NCBI GenBank assembly: GCA_963842525.1
Contig: CAWJGT010000033.1
Coordinates: forward strand, 1 to 58,670
DNA length: 58,670 bases
Source: an uncultured Holophagales bacterium
GTDB taxonomy: Bacteria; Acidobacteriota; Thermoanaerobaculia; Multivoradales; UBA5704
Direction of reading: 5' to 3'
In this document: piece after piece, positions 49,521 through 58,670 of the stretch
Numbering within the stretch: position 1 is the stretch's first letter
Layout of the letters: each line of letters opens with the position of its first letter
Notes under the pieces: model-generated
Told to the model about the DNA's origin: nothing
What the model saw: the letters and a program-made list of their open reading frames with translations, nothing else
Database searches by the model: none
Made by a program: the position numbers and the translations under genes

Positions 49521-49843
49521 CGGTGGGCCAAGAAATTTCGAAGGGCCTCAGCTTCCCTCTCCGCTTCTTCGACCGTCTCTGCCCCCAGCTTGGGTGACAC
49601 ACCTTTCTCGAGAAGGATCTCTCTCATCTGTGCCCAACTCACTCCGGCAAGGTCAGCGGCCTTGGCGAGGGAAATCTCCTCGGTTTGATAGCGGTAGACC
49701 GCCAGTTGGATCCTCGCTTCGGGGCGGGCCCGGAGCAGGTGGCGCAGCGCATCGCGGATCACCTCGTCTTCGTTGTCGTACAGGCGAGCCTCGACGAAGT
49801 CCCGGGCTTCGGTGGGCCTCATCGTGGTAGTCCTTTCAGCCAT
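49517..49843 (-). CDS. UPF0175-like antitoxin
   Basis: AGGAG RBS, YQTEEISLAKAADLAGVS. ATGA overlap with the PIN gene. Confidence 0.8.
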   Translation of the reverse strand: MAERTTTMRPTEARDFVEARLYDNEDEVIRDALRHLLRARPEARIQLAVYRYQTEEISLAKAADLAGVSWAQMREILLEKGVSPKLGAETVEEAEREAEALRNFLAHR

Positions 49844-49994
49844 GGTCGTCTCCTGGGTAAGATTGCGCTCTCCGCCATGGTCTGCATAGTACATGACGCC
49901 GGCCGCCTGGGCACCAGGGGAGGGCTGGCCGGGGGCGCCGGATGATCCTCGACCCGCATCTCGACTCCGGGCGGCCACTGATAAGCTCCGTTCC

Positions 49995-52900
49995 ATGGTC
50001 TCTAGACCCTTGCTCAACGCCCGAATCGAGGAGCTCGAACAGGAGTTCGCTCGCTGTGGGACTGACGTTGAATGCCTTCGCCGTCTTTTGCATGAGCTCT
50101 CCCACCGCAAAAGTCCAGGAGCTCGGGCACTGAAGGCTCGGGTCGAAAAGGCCCTCGAAGTCGCCGCATCCAGTCAGCGCAGCCCACCGACCAGCCCCTC
50201 GGTGCCGCCGGAACCGCCGCCCAGATCTTGCCTGCCTCCAAGCTCAGGGGCACCGAACGCTCCTGGCTCGATCCTCGACACCTGGACCGCGCTTGAGGTT
50301 CTTTCACCCCAGACTTTCCGGCGGCCCGAAGAGCTGGCAGGAGGGGACCGCCGCGCGGTCGCCTCGTGGGAGGAGAAGCTCCCTTGGGAGGGGGTCGGCG
50401 AAAGGGCACGCCCGAACACGCGGCTGTTCTATCAGGTGGTGCTGGGGACGGTGGACTTCGGCGCCGCCATCGAGCGGCTTCTCTCCCTCTATACAGATTC
50501 TCGTGCGGAGCGCCCGGCGGCGCGCGGTGAGGCCATCCTTGCCTCGGTCACGATCAACCAGGAAGGGCGGCTGGTGGAGCCGCCGGCCGCAGCGGTCTCC
50601 AGCTTCGCCTGGGGCATGCCCTGCGCTCTGCGGGGTGACCTGACATCCCTCGCCGCCTGGCGCGCCGAGGAAGGGGAAATCACCGGAGCGCTCGATGAGA
50701 TCCTCCGCAGCGCTGAAAACAGGGGGGACGACGAGGCCGAGCCCGCCCTGGACAGGAAGACGATCACGCGGGCCTACGAGTGGCTCCTGAAGCGCCTTGA
50801 CTTGCCGCGGGAGCTGACCACACCGCCGCGCTTCGCCATCCGTGTCTATTCACCCTTTGGAAGCTCCCCCGAGCCCCTCCTGATGAACAGTTTTTTCCTC
50901 GGCGATCTCGCCACCGCCAGGACCATGTTCTCGGAAGGGCGAGCCACGGCCAACCTGCGGCTCTATATTGGAGAGCGGACACCACCGCGGACAAGCGATC
51001 TGCTGCGGGACCGGGAGGCGCTCGACGCGGCGGTCGCGCCAGGGATCACACCGCCTGCACGCTGGCCCGGCAGAGGAAGGCATCCGCTGGCGCTGCTGCA
51101 ACAAGCGGCCGTCAATCTGGCATTCCAGGAGCTGCGGGAAGGGGGCATCCTGGGGATCAACGGCCCTCCGGGAACAGGCAAGACCACGCTGCTCCGCGAC
51201 CTGGTGGCCGCGGTCGTCACCGCACGCGCCGAGGTCATGGCCGCCTTCGACGATCCCGCCACGGCCCTGATCGACTCAGGACAGAAGATCAAGGTTGGGC
51301 AGGACAGGCTGCAACTATACCGGCTCGATCCCCGCCTCCGAGGGTTCGAGATGATCGTCGCTTCGTCCAACAACAAGGCTGTCGAAAACGTGAGCGCGGA
51401 GCTGCCGGCATTGAAGGCCATAGCGGAGGACGCTCCGGACCTCCGGTTTTCAAGACCCTCTCGGACACGCTCTTCGATCGCGAGACCTGGGGGCTCATCG
51501 CGGCAGTGCTCGGCAATGCCAAGAACCGTAGACTCTTCAAGAACATTTTCTGGTGGGACAAGGACATCGGCCTCTCGACCTATCTCGCTGAGGTCGCCGG
51601 TACGCCGCAAGTCGTCGAGGAGGTTGATCCCGAAACCGGAGCCAGGTCGACCCGGCCACCGCGCATCGTCACCGCGGAGAATCCCCCCAGGAGCCAGGGC
51701 GAGGCGTTGCGCCGCTGGCGCCAGGCGCGCTCCGCATTCCTGGCCGCCCTCGCCAAGAGCCGCACGATACTGGCGGCCGCTGAAAAAATTCGGGAGTTCG
51801 CTGCATCCTTGGCGCGCCTCGCCCGTGAGGAAGCCGAGGCGGAAGCTGCAGCAGCCCTGGCCGGCAGCGCCGTTGCGCGAAGCCAGGCGGCCGCCGAGAA
51901 AGCCCGGTCCCTGCACGCCGAAGCGCTGGCTCACCGGAACGGCGCCGAGGCGCTGTTGGCCGAGCACGACCGCCGTGCGCCCGGTCTTTTCGCCCGTCTT
52001 TTGTGGATACGGAGAGCCCGGGAATGGCGGTCGGCCAGAGCGCCGCTGGCGGCAACTGCCTTCCTCGATGCAGCGGCGAAGCCGTTGCGCCACAATCTGG
52101 GCGTCCTGATGAGCCTCTTCGGAGGGCGGGCCTTACCGACCGCCGAGAAGAGGGCGCTGATCCCGGACCTGTGGACCTCCCTGTTCCTCGCGATCCCCCT
52201 GATCTCGACAACCTTCGCTTCCGTGGAACGGATGCTCCGCGATCTTCCCCCGGAGAGCCTGGGGTGGCTCTTCGTCGATGAGGCCGGGCAGGCAGTGCCG
52301 CCGGCCGCGGTCGGCGCCATCTTCCGGTCGCGCCGCGCAGTCGTGGTCGGTGATCCGATGAAGATCGCGCCGGTCGTCACCCTCCCCGACCGGCTGACAC
52401 AGGTGGTCTGCCGGCAATTCGGAGCAGATCCCCATCGCTTCAACGCTCCGGATGCTTCCGTCCAGACGCTCGCCGACGCCGCGAGCCCGTTTCTGGCCGA
52501 GATTGAGAGCCGGCACGGAAGCCGGGGGATCGGTGTGCCACCTCTCGTCCACCACCGGTGCAGTGAGCCGATGTTCGGCATCTCAAACGCGATCGCTTAT
52601 GAATACCTGATGGTGAATGTGAAGCAGGAGGGGTCCTCCCCCATCGGCGAGCTCCTCGGTCCATCGCGATGGATCGACGTAGGGGGAAGCGCCGAGGAGA
52701 AATGGTGCCCGGAAGAGGGCCTGCAGGTGCTCGAGCTGCTGCGGAAGCTCGCCGCACCGGATCTCAGCCACTGGAAAACCGGCGCACCGGACCTCTACAT
52801 CGTCACACCGTTCGTCGTGGTGGCCGAACGCCTGCGCAAGCTGGTTGGAGAGAGCGCTCTCCTGGTCTGGGCCGACGACTCCAGACGTTGGACCTTCGAG

Positions 52901-53134
52901 CGCATCGGGACCGTCCATACGGTCCAAGGGCGGGAAGCGGAGGCGGTGATTTTCATCTTGGGAGCCCCCGCGCCTGGCCAGACAGGTGCACGCGCCTGGG
53001 CCGGTGGGAAGCCAAACCTGATCAACGTGGCAGTGACGCGGGCCAAGGAGCGGCTCTACATTGTGGGCAACCGCGGGCTTTGGCGGCAGGCCGGTCTTTT
53101 CAGCGAGCTCGACGCTCGGCTGCCTCCTTCATAA
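49995..53134 (+). CDS. SF1 DNA2/NAM7-like (AAA_11/AAA_12) helicase, frameshift near 51447
   Basis: NGPPGTGKTT, ASSNNKAVEN, DEAGQA, VGDP, TVHTVQGRE, NVAVTRAK, split over ORFs 49893 and 51506. Confidence 0.85.
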
Positions 53135-53182
53135 CGGACTTCTCCGCCCTGGGATCCTGCGGCAGACCGTCGAAACCCCTTC

Positions 53183-54313
53183 TTACGCCCGCCGGCGAGC
53201 GGCCGCCGGAGCATCCGGCGCCAGCGCCCGCAGGTACTGCCGATCGAAGGCGGCGAGCTGGCTTTCAAGCTCTGAATAGGGCCCCGGCTCCCAGGCGTTC
53301 GAGGAAACCCCTTTGTACGCGTTGGCGCACAGCTCCCAGTCCTGGCGGTTGGTCAGGTCCCAGAAGTCGATGGCGGATTGGGGATCGAAACCCGGCGCGG
53401 CGATCGCGTCCGGATGGAAGTACCAGTCACAGACGATGCGGGTGCGGTCGATGCCGAGCGACAGCAGCCGGTGGACCAGCACGTAGTCGGGGTGAAACGA
53501 CAGGAAGGCGCTTGGAAAGACAATGTAATAGTAGACGCGCCCACGCTCCTCTTGAGAGAGATCGGCGAAGGGGACCGCACAGCGCCCGCCGTGGCTCGTC
53601 ATGCTCCCCTCGGGGTTGCTCATCCACATCGGCCCGCCCAGGACCGGCCCTTCGTCGAGATCGTTCTCGGTGTTGCGGTAGGGCGTCAGCTTGTTGAGGT
53701 GCGGGTGGACCTTCGGGCAGTGATAGCACTCGCTGTAGTTATGGAAGAAAAGCTTCCAGTTGGCCTCGACCTCATAGACGCTCTGATGGACCGGCTGGAG
53801 CTCGGGGAGCCGCCACGGACCGAACTTGCCCTGGAGCCCCGGCAAGGCCGTTTCGAAGGGCACCGGGTCCGGCGCGAGGTTCAGGAACAGCAGGCCCTGC
53901 CAGTTGGCGAGAGCGACCGGCTTGAGCGGGTAGTCCTGAGCGTCGAAGCCGGCGACCTCGCTCATGTTGGGCGCGACGCGAAGGGCTCCGTCCAGGCCGT
54001 AGGTCCAGGCGTGATACGGACACTGGATGACATGGCCAAGCTCGCCGTGCGGGGTCAGGCAAATACGGCTGCCGCGATGCCGGCAGAGGTTGTGGAAGGC
54101 GCGGACCGTGCCGTCGCCGTCGCGCAACACCACGACGCTCTCCCGGTCGATTTCGAAGAGGAAGAAACTGCCGGGCGTTGCGAGCTGCGAAACGTGGCCG
54201 GCGAGGAGCCAGGAGCGGTGGAAGATCCGCTCGCGCTCGGCGCGGAAGATCTCCTCGGAGGTGTAGTACTCGCCGGAAAGGGTGTGCTGGCCGAAGGCGG
54301 TGCGCGGACTCAT
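53183..54313 (-). CDS. Rieske non-heme iron oxygenase alpha subunit (GbcA/Stc2-like N-demethylase group)
   Basis: CRHRGS...CPYHAW, NWK...NYSECYHC..VH, NRQDW. Confidence 0.9.
   Translation of the reverse strand: MSPRTAFGQHTLSGEYYTSEEIFRAERERIFHRSWLLAGHVSQLATPGSFFLFEIDRESVVVLRDGDGTVRAFHNLCRHRGSRICLTPHGELGHVIQCPYHAWTYGLDGALRVAPNMSEVAGFDAQDYPLKPVALANWQGLLFLNLAPDPVPFETALPGLQGKFGPWRLPELQPVHQSVYEVEANWKLFFHNYSECYHCPKVHPHLNKLTPYRNTENDLDEGPVLGGPMWMSNPEGSMTSHGGRCAVPFADLSQEERGRVYYYIVFPSAFLSFHPDYVLVHRLLSLGIDRTRIVCDWYFHPDAIAAPGFDPQSAIDFWDLTNRQDWELCANAYKGVSSNAWEPGPYSELESQLAAFDRQYLRALAPDAPAAARRRA
53336..53376. repeat. 41-bp exact direct repeat, copy 2
   Basis: Identical to 48973-49013. Confidence 0.95.
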
Positions 54314-54400
54314 GGCGGGTGGGATTCTACCTCACCCCCTGGCCCGGATTGTTGTACACTCCGCGCGCCCCGGACGGGGTTCATAGGCCCATTCGAACCG

Positions 54401-55604
54401 ATGCCGATCCCTTCGCCATTCCACGAGCGCACGCAACCGCTGTGCACCAGCTTCCGCTGGAAGGACTGGGCAGGCTACTGCGCCGTCTGCAGCTACGACA
54501 CCTCGCACGAGCGCGAATACTTCGCCTTCCGGGAATCGGCCGGCCTGCTCGACGTCACGCCGCTCTACAAGTACGAGGTCTCGCGGGCCGGACGCCCAGG
54601 CGCTCCTCGGCCGCATGATGGTGCGCGACGTCACCAAGCTCAAGGTCGGCCGGGTGGCCTATAGCTGCTGGTGCGACGACGACGGCAAGGTGATCGACGA
54701 CGGCACGGTCTCCCGGTTGGGCGAGAGCCATTTCCGCGTCACCGCGGCCGATCCGACCCTGCACTGGCTGCAGGCGTTGAGCCGCGGCCTCGACGTGCAG
54801 ATCGAGGACTCCAGCGAACGCCTGGCGGCGCTGGCGCTCCAGGGGCCCACGTCCCGCGCCATCCTGCGCGACGCGAACGACGCCGGTGTCGGAAGCATCG
54901 ACAAGCTCAAGTTCTTCGGCGTCACCCGGGCGACGATCTCGGGCATCCCGGTCTGGATCAGCCGCACCGGCTACACCGGCGACCTGGGCTACGAGGTCTG
55001 GGTCGAGCGCGAGCAGGCGCTCGCGGTCTGGGACGCCCTGATGGCCGCCGGACAGCGGCACGGCATCGAGCCCGCGGGGCTCGACGCGCTCGACATGACC
55101 CGCATCGAAGCCGGCTTCGTCCTGCTCGGCGTCGACTACTTCAGCTCGCACAAGGTCGTCCTCGAATCGCGCAAGTCCACGCCGCTCGAGCTCGGCTTCG
55201 GCTGGATGGTCGACCTCGAACGCGGCAATTTCATCGGCCGCGACGCCATCGCCGCCGAGATGAAGCGCGGCTCGGTCTGGCAGCTCGTCGGCCTGGAGGT
55301 GAGCTGGGAGGAGCTCGAAGCGCTGTACGCGAGCTTCAACCTGCCGCCGAGCCTGCCGCCGACGGCACGGCGCGACGCCCTGCCGGTCTATGACGAGGAG
55401 GGCCGCCAAGTGGGCCAGGCCACCAGCCACACCTGGTCGCCGCTCCTCAAGAAATACCTGGCGCTCGCCTCGGTCCGCCCCGGCTTCGAAGCCAAGGGGA
55501 CGAAGCTCCAGATCGAGCACACCGTCGAATACGAGCGGCGCAAGGTCACCGCGACCGTGGCGCCGACCCCCTTCTTCGACCCGGAGAGGAAGCGCAAACC
55601 GTGA
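54401..55604 (+). CDS. GcvT-family aminomethyltransferase (frameshift near 54585)
   Basis: SPFHERT, DVTPLYKY, GKVIDDGTV, ALQGP, SRTGYTGDLGYE, RIEAG, PFFDP. Confidence 0.9.
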
Positions 55605-57193
55605 CCAGCACGCGATACGACGCGATCGTGGTGGGCGCCGGGCACAACGGCCTGGTCTGCGCGGCCTATCTCGCGAAGGCCGGGCGCAAGGTCCTGATCC
55701 TCGAACGGCGGCATCAGGTCGGCGGCGCGACCACGACCGAGGAGATCTACCCCGGGTACAAGTTCACCTGCTGCTCCTACGTGGTCTCGCTCCTGCGGCC
55801 CTGGATCATCCGTGACCTGGACCTGCCGCGCCACGGCTACGAGGTCCTGCCGCTGGAAGCGACCGTCACCCCATTCCCGGACGGGCGGTACCTGGTGCGC
55901 GATTCCGATCCGGAGCGGACGCGCCGCTCCATCGCCCAGTTCTCGCCGCACGACGCGGAGGTCTACAAGCGCTTCGGGCAGGAGATGGCCGAGCTCGGCC
56001 GCCTGATCAAGCCGCTGATCGATCAGCCCGCCCCCGATCCGTTGTCGCGCGATCCGCGGGAGCTGCTGCGGATCGCGCGCCTCGGCAAGCAGATCCGCGG
56101 CCAGGGCGACGACTGGCTCTTCGCCAACGTCAAGATGATGACGATGAGCGCCGTGGATTTCCTTTCGGAACGGTTCGAGTGCGAGCAGCTCATCGCGCCG
56201 ATGGCGATCTCCGGCATCATCGGAACCTTTTTGGGTGTGCGCTCGCCCGGCACCGCCTACGTCCTCCTCCATCACTACATGGGCGAGATCGACGGCTCGT
56301 TCCGCGCCTGGGGGCTTCCCAAGGGCGGCACCGGCGCCATTGCGGACGCCATCGCCAGCTCGGCGCGCGAGCTGGGGGTCGAGATCCGGACCGAGGCGCC
56401 GGTCGCTCATCTGCTGATGCAGAAAGGAAAGGCCGCGGGCGTCGTGCTCGACAACGGCGACGAGATCCGCGCCAAGGCCGTGATTTCGGGGCTCGATCCG
56501 CACCGCACCTTTTTGCGACTGGTCGGCGAGGAGCACCTCGATCCCGAGATCACGCAGCAGGTCAAGCGGTTCAAGATGCGCGGCTCCTCGGGCAAGGTCA
56601 ACCTGGCGCTCGATGCGCTGCCCGAGCTCGCCTGTCTACCGGGCTATGGCCCGCACCTGCAGGGCGGCATCACGATCGCGCCCTCGATCGATTATCTGGA
56701 GCGCGCCTACGACGACGCCAAATACGGCGCCTTCTCCCGCCGGCCGTTCATGGACGTCCTCATCCCGTCGATGACCGACCCGACGCTGGCCCCGCCGGGC
56801 AAGCACGTGATGTCGATCTTCGTCCAATACGCGCCCTACCACCTCAAAGAGGGAGCCGCGGACTGGCCGAACCAGCGCGAGGCGTTCGGCGACACAGTGA
56901 TCGATACGCTCTCGGAATACATGCCGAACCTGAAAAACCTGATCCTGCACCGCCAGGTGCTCACGCCCTGGGACCTGGAGCAGATCTACGGTTTGACCGA
57001 AGGAAATATCTTCCATGGCGAGCTGTCGCTGGAACAGCTCGCCTTCCTGCGTCCGATGGCCGGCTGGAGCCGCTATCAGACGCCGGTGCGGAACCTCTGG
57101 ATGTGCGCGTCCGGCACCCACCCCGGCGGCGGCATCATGGGCGCGCCGGGCGCTCTCTGCGCTCAGACGATGCTCGCCAAGAGGGCGGTCTGA
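55601..57193 (+). CDS. Phytoene dehydrogenase-like (PYROXD2-type) FAD oxidoreductase
   Basis: GAGHNGL, KGGTG, GNIFHGE, GTHPGGGIMGAPG. Confidence 0.9.
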   Translation: MTSTRYDAIVVGAGHNGLVCAAYLAKAGRKVLILERRHQVGGATTTEEIYPGYKFTCCSYVVSLLRPWIIRDLDLPRHGYEVLPLEATVTPFPDGRYLVRDSDPERTRRSIAQFSPHDAEVYKRFGQEMAELGRLIKPLIDQPAPDPLSRDPRELLRIARLGKQIRGQGDDWLFANVKMMTMSAVDFLSERFECEQLIAPMAISGIIGTFLGVRSPGTAYVLLHHYMGEIDGSFRAWGLPKGGTGAIADAIASSARELGVEIRTEAPVAHLLMQKGKAAGVVLDNGDEIRAKAVISGLDPHRTFLRLVGEEHLDPEITQQVKRFKMRGSSGKVNLALDALPELACLPGYGPHLQGGITIAPSIDYLERAYDDAKYGAFSRRPFMDVLIPSMTDPTLAPPGKHVMSIFVQYAPYHLKEGAADWPNQREAFGDTVIDTLSEYMPNLKNLILHRQVLTPWDLEQIYGLTEGNIFHGELSLEQLAFLRPMAGWSRYQTPVRNLWMCASGTHPGGGIMGAPGALCAQTMLAKRAV

Positions 57194-58670
57194 TGGGCTT
57201 CGACGTCATCGTCATCGGTGCCGGACCGAACGGCCTCGCGGCGGCTGCCCGGCTTGCGGCGGCGGGACGTAAGGTCGTCGTCCTCGAGCGTGCGGAAGCG
57301 CCGGGAGGTCTGTCGGCGAAGCGTGAGTTTCACCCCGGCTACTCCGTGCCCGGCCTCCTGCACGACGAGGCCCTCGTGCCGCGCGCGATTACGGAGAAGC
57401 TCGGCCTGACCAAGCAGGGTCTCACGTTCCGCCGTCCGCCGGCCATGTACATCGCGGAAAAGAACGGGCCGGGGATCCTCCTTCCGGGCGATTCGACCGG
57501 GGCCGTCGATGCCATCGGCAAACGCTCGCAGCACGATGCGCAGAGCTATCAAACCCTGCGCGCCTTCCTCGATCGAATCACGCCGCTCTTCGGCGCGATG
57601 CTGGCCGAAGCGCCGCCGCCGCTCGCGCCCGGGTCGGCCGGCGATATCTGGCAGCTTGCGCGGCGCGGCCTGGCGCTATGGAAGATCAACCGCCACGATC
57701 TGCTGGAGCTGGCGCGCGTGGCGCCGATGTGCGTCGCCGATTTCCTGAACGAAAAATTCCAGACGCCTCTCCTCGTCGAAGCGTTCGCCGCGCCCGCGGT
57801 CGCTTCCACCTGGTCCGGCCCCTGGTCGGCCGGCACGATGACCAACTTCCTGCTCCGCGAATGCGCTGGCGGAGAGGCCATCGAGGGTGGACCGCCGGCT
57901 CTCGTCAAGGCGCTCCTCGCCGCAGTCCGCGCCGCCGGAGCCGAGCTGCGTACCGGCGCCGAGGTCCAACGAATCCGCCTCGACCGAGGCAAAGTGGCCG
58001 GCGTCACGCTCGCGTCCGGCGAACCGATCGACGCGCCAGTCGTCCTCTCTTCCGCCGATCCGAAGCGCACCATGCTCAAGCTCCTGGCGCCGGGGACCCT
58101 GCCGCTCAAGATCGAAGAGGAATTCCACCGTCTGCGCAGCCGGGGCAGCGCGGCGAAAGTCCACCTGGCCCTTTCGGGTCCGCTGGAGCTGGCAGGAAGC
58201 AACGGCCGGCTCGACGAAGCGATCCGCATCGGCGGCGGCCACGTCGACGACCTCGAACGCGCCTTCGACGCGATCAAATACCGGACGCTTCTCGGACCGC
58301 CCGCACCTGGAGATCCGCGTCCCGACTGTCGACTGATCCAAGCCTCGCGCCGGCCGGCCACCACGTCGTCTCGATCCTCGCCAGCTTCGCGCCCTATACC
58401 CTGGACGGCGGCTGGACCGAGGAAGCCCGCGAGCGCCTGGGAGACGCCGTGATCTCGGTCCTGGAGCAGCACGCTCCTGACATCCGCCAGCGGATCGTGG
58501 CCCACGAAGTCCTGACCCCAGCCGACCTCGAAACCCGCTTCGCCCTGACCGGCGGTCAGCTCCACCACGGCGAGCTGGCCCTCGACCAGCTCCTGATCAT
58601 GCGTCCATCGCCGTCCGCAGCGCGCTATCGCACCGCCGTCCCCGGCCTCTTCCTGGGAGGCAGCGGCAGC
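57193..58670 (+). CDS. Second phytoene dehydrogenase-like FAD oxidoreductase (frameshifts near 58290-58330, truncated by the window)
   Basis: TGATG coupling, GAGPNGL, LERAFDAIKY, later GGQLHHGE. Confidence 0.85.

Noticed and set aside
55601-58670. Carotenoid biosynthesis cluster
   Set aside because: No crtB or crtE genes, and the context is GcvT and Rieske genes.
1-58670. tRNA, rRNA or riboswitch genes
   Set aside because: None recognised by eye. A covariance-model search was not possible.

Overview
High-GC bacterial chromosomal window. Gene content and style suggest a soil or sediment Acidobacteriota-like organism, which is inference only. Many otherwise intact genes carry single-base frameshifts, typical of an unpolished long-read assembly. 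Core and metabolic genes: fadD-fadJ, argE-hutF-SRAP, S9 and M2 peptidases, an aminotransferase, a DsbD-like gene, rarA, trpS, two Tat-exported molybdenum-hydroxylase operons, and a Rieske/GcvT/two-flavoprotein cluster. Top candidate for an undescribed system: three paralogous HxxxCxxC-zinc-finger plus TPR proteins, two of which lie directly downstream of a small secreted propeptide gene carrying two copies of a [EA]G-x-x-[IM]-DPNG motif. This looks like a peptide/TPR-receptor signalling pair. Other accessory features: a lower-GC graspetide-like RiPP locus (precursor plus ATP-grasp ligase), a RelE-like/UvrD/TPR fusion, a protease fused to a 7-blade lectin-like propeller, a 41-bp direct repeat bracketing a TA plus helicase islet, a truncated RAYT-like transposase, and four repeat families (20-bp palindromic array, 21-bp array, 165-bp tandem repeat, REP-like hairpins, one pair of which is translated).
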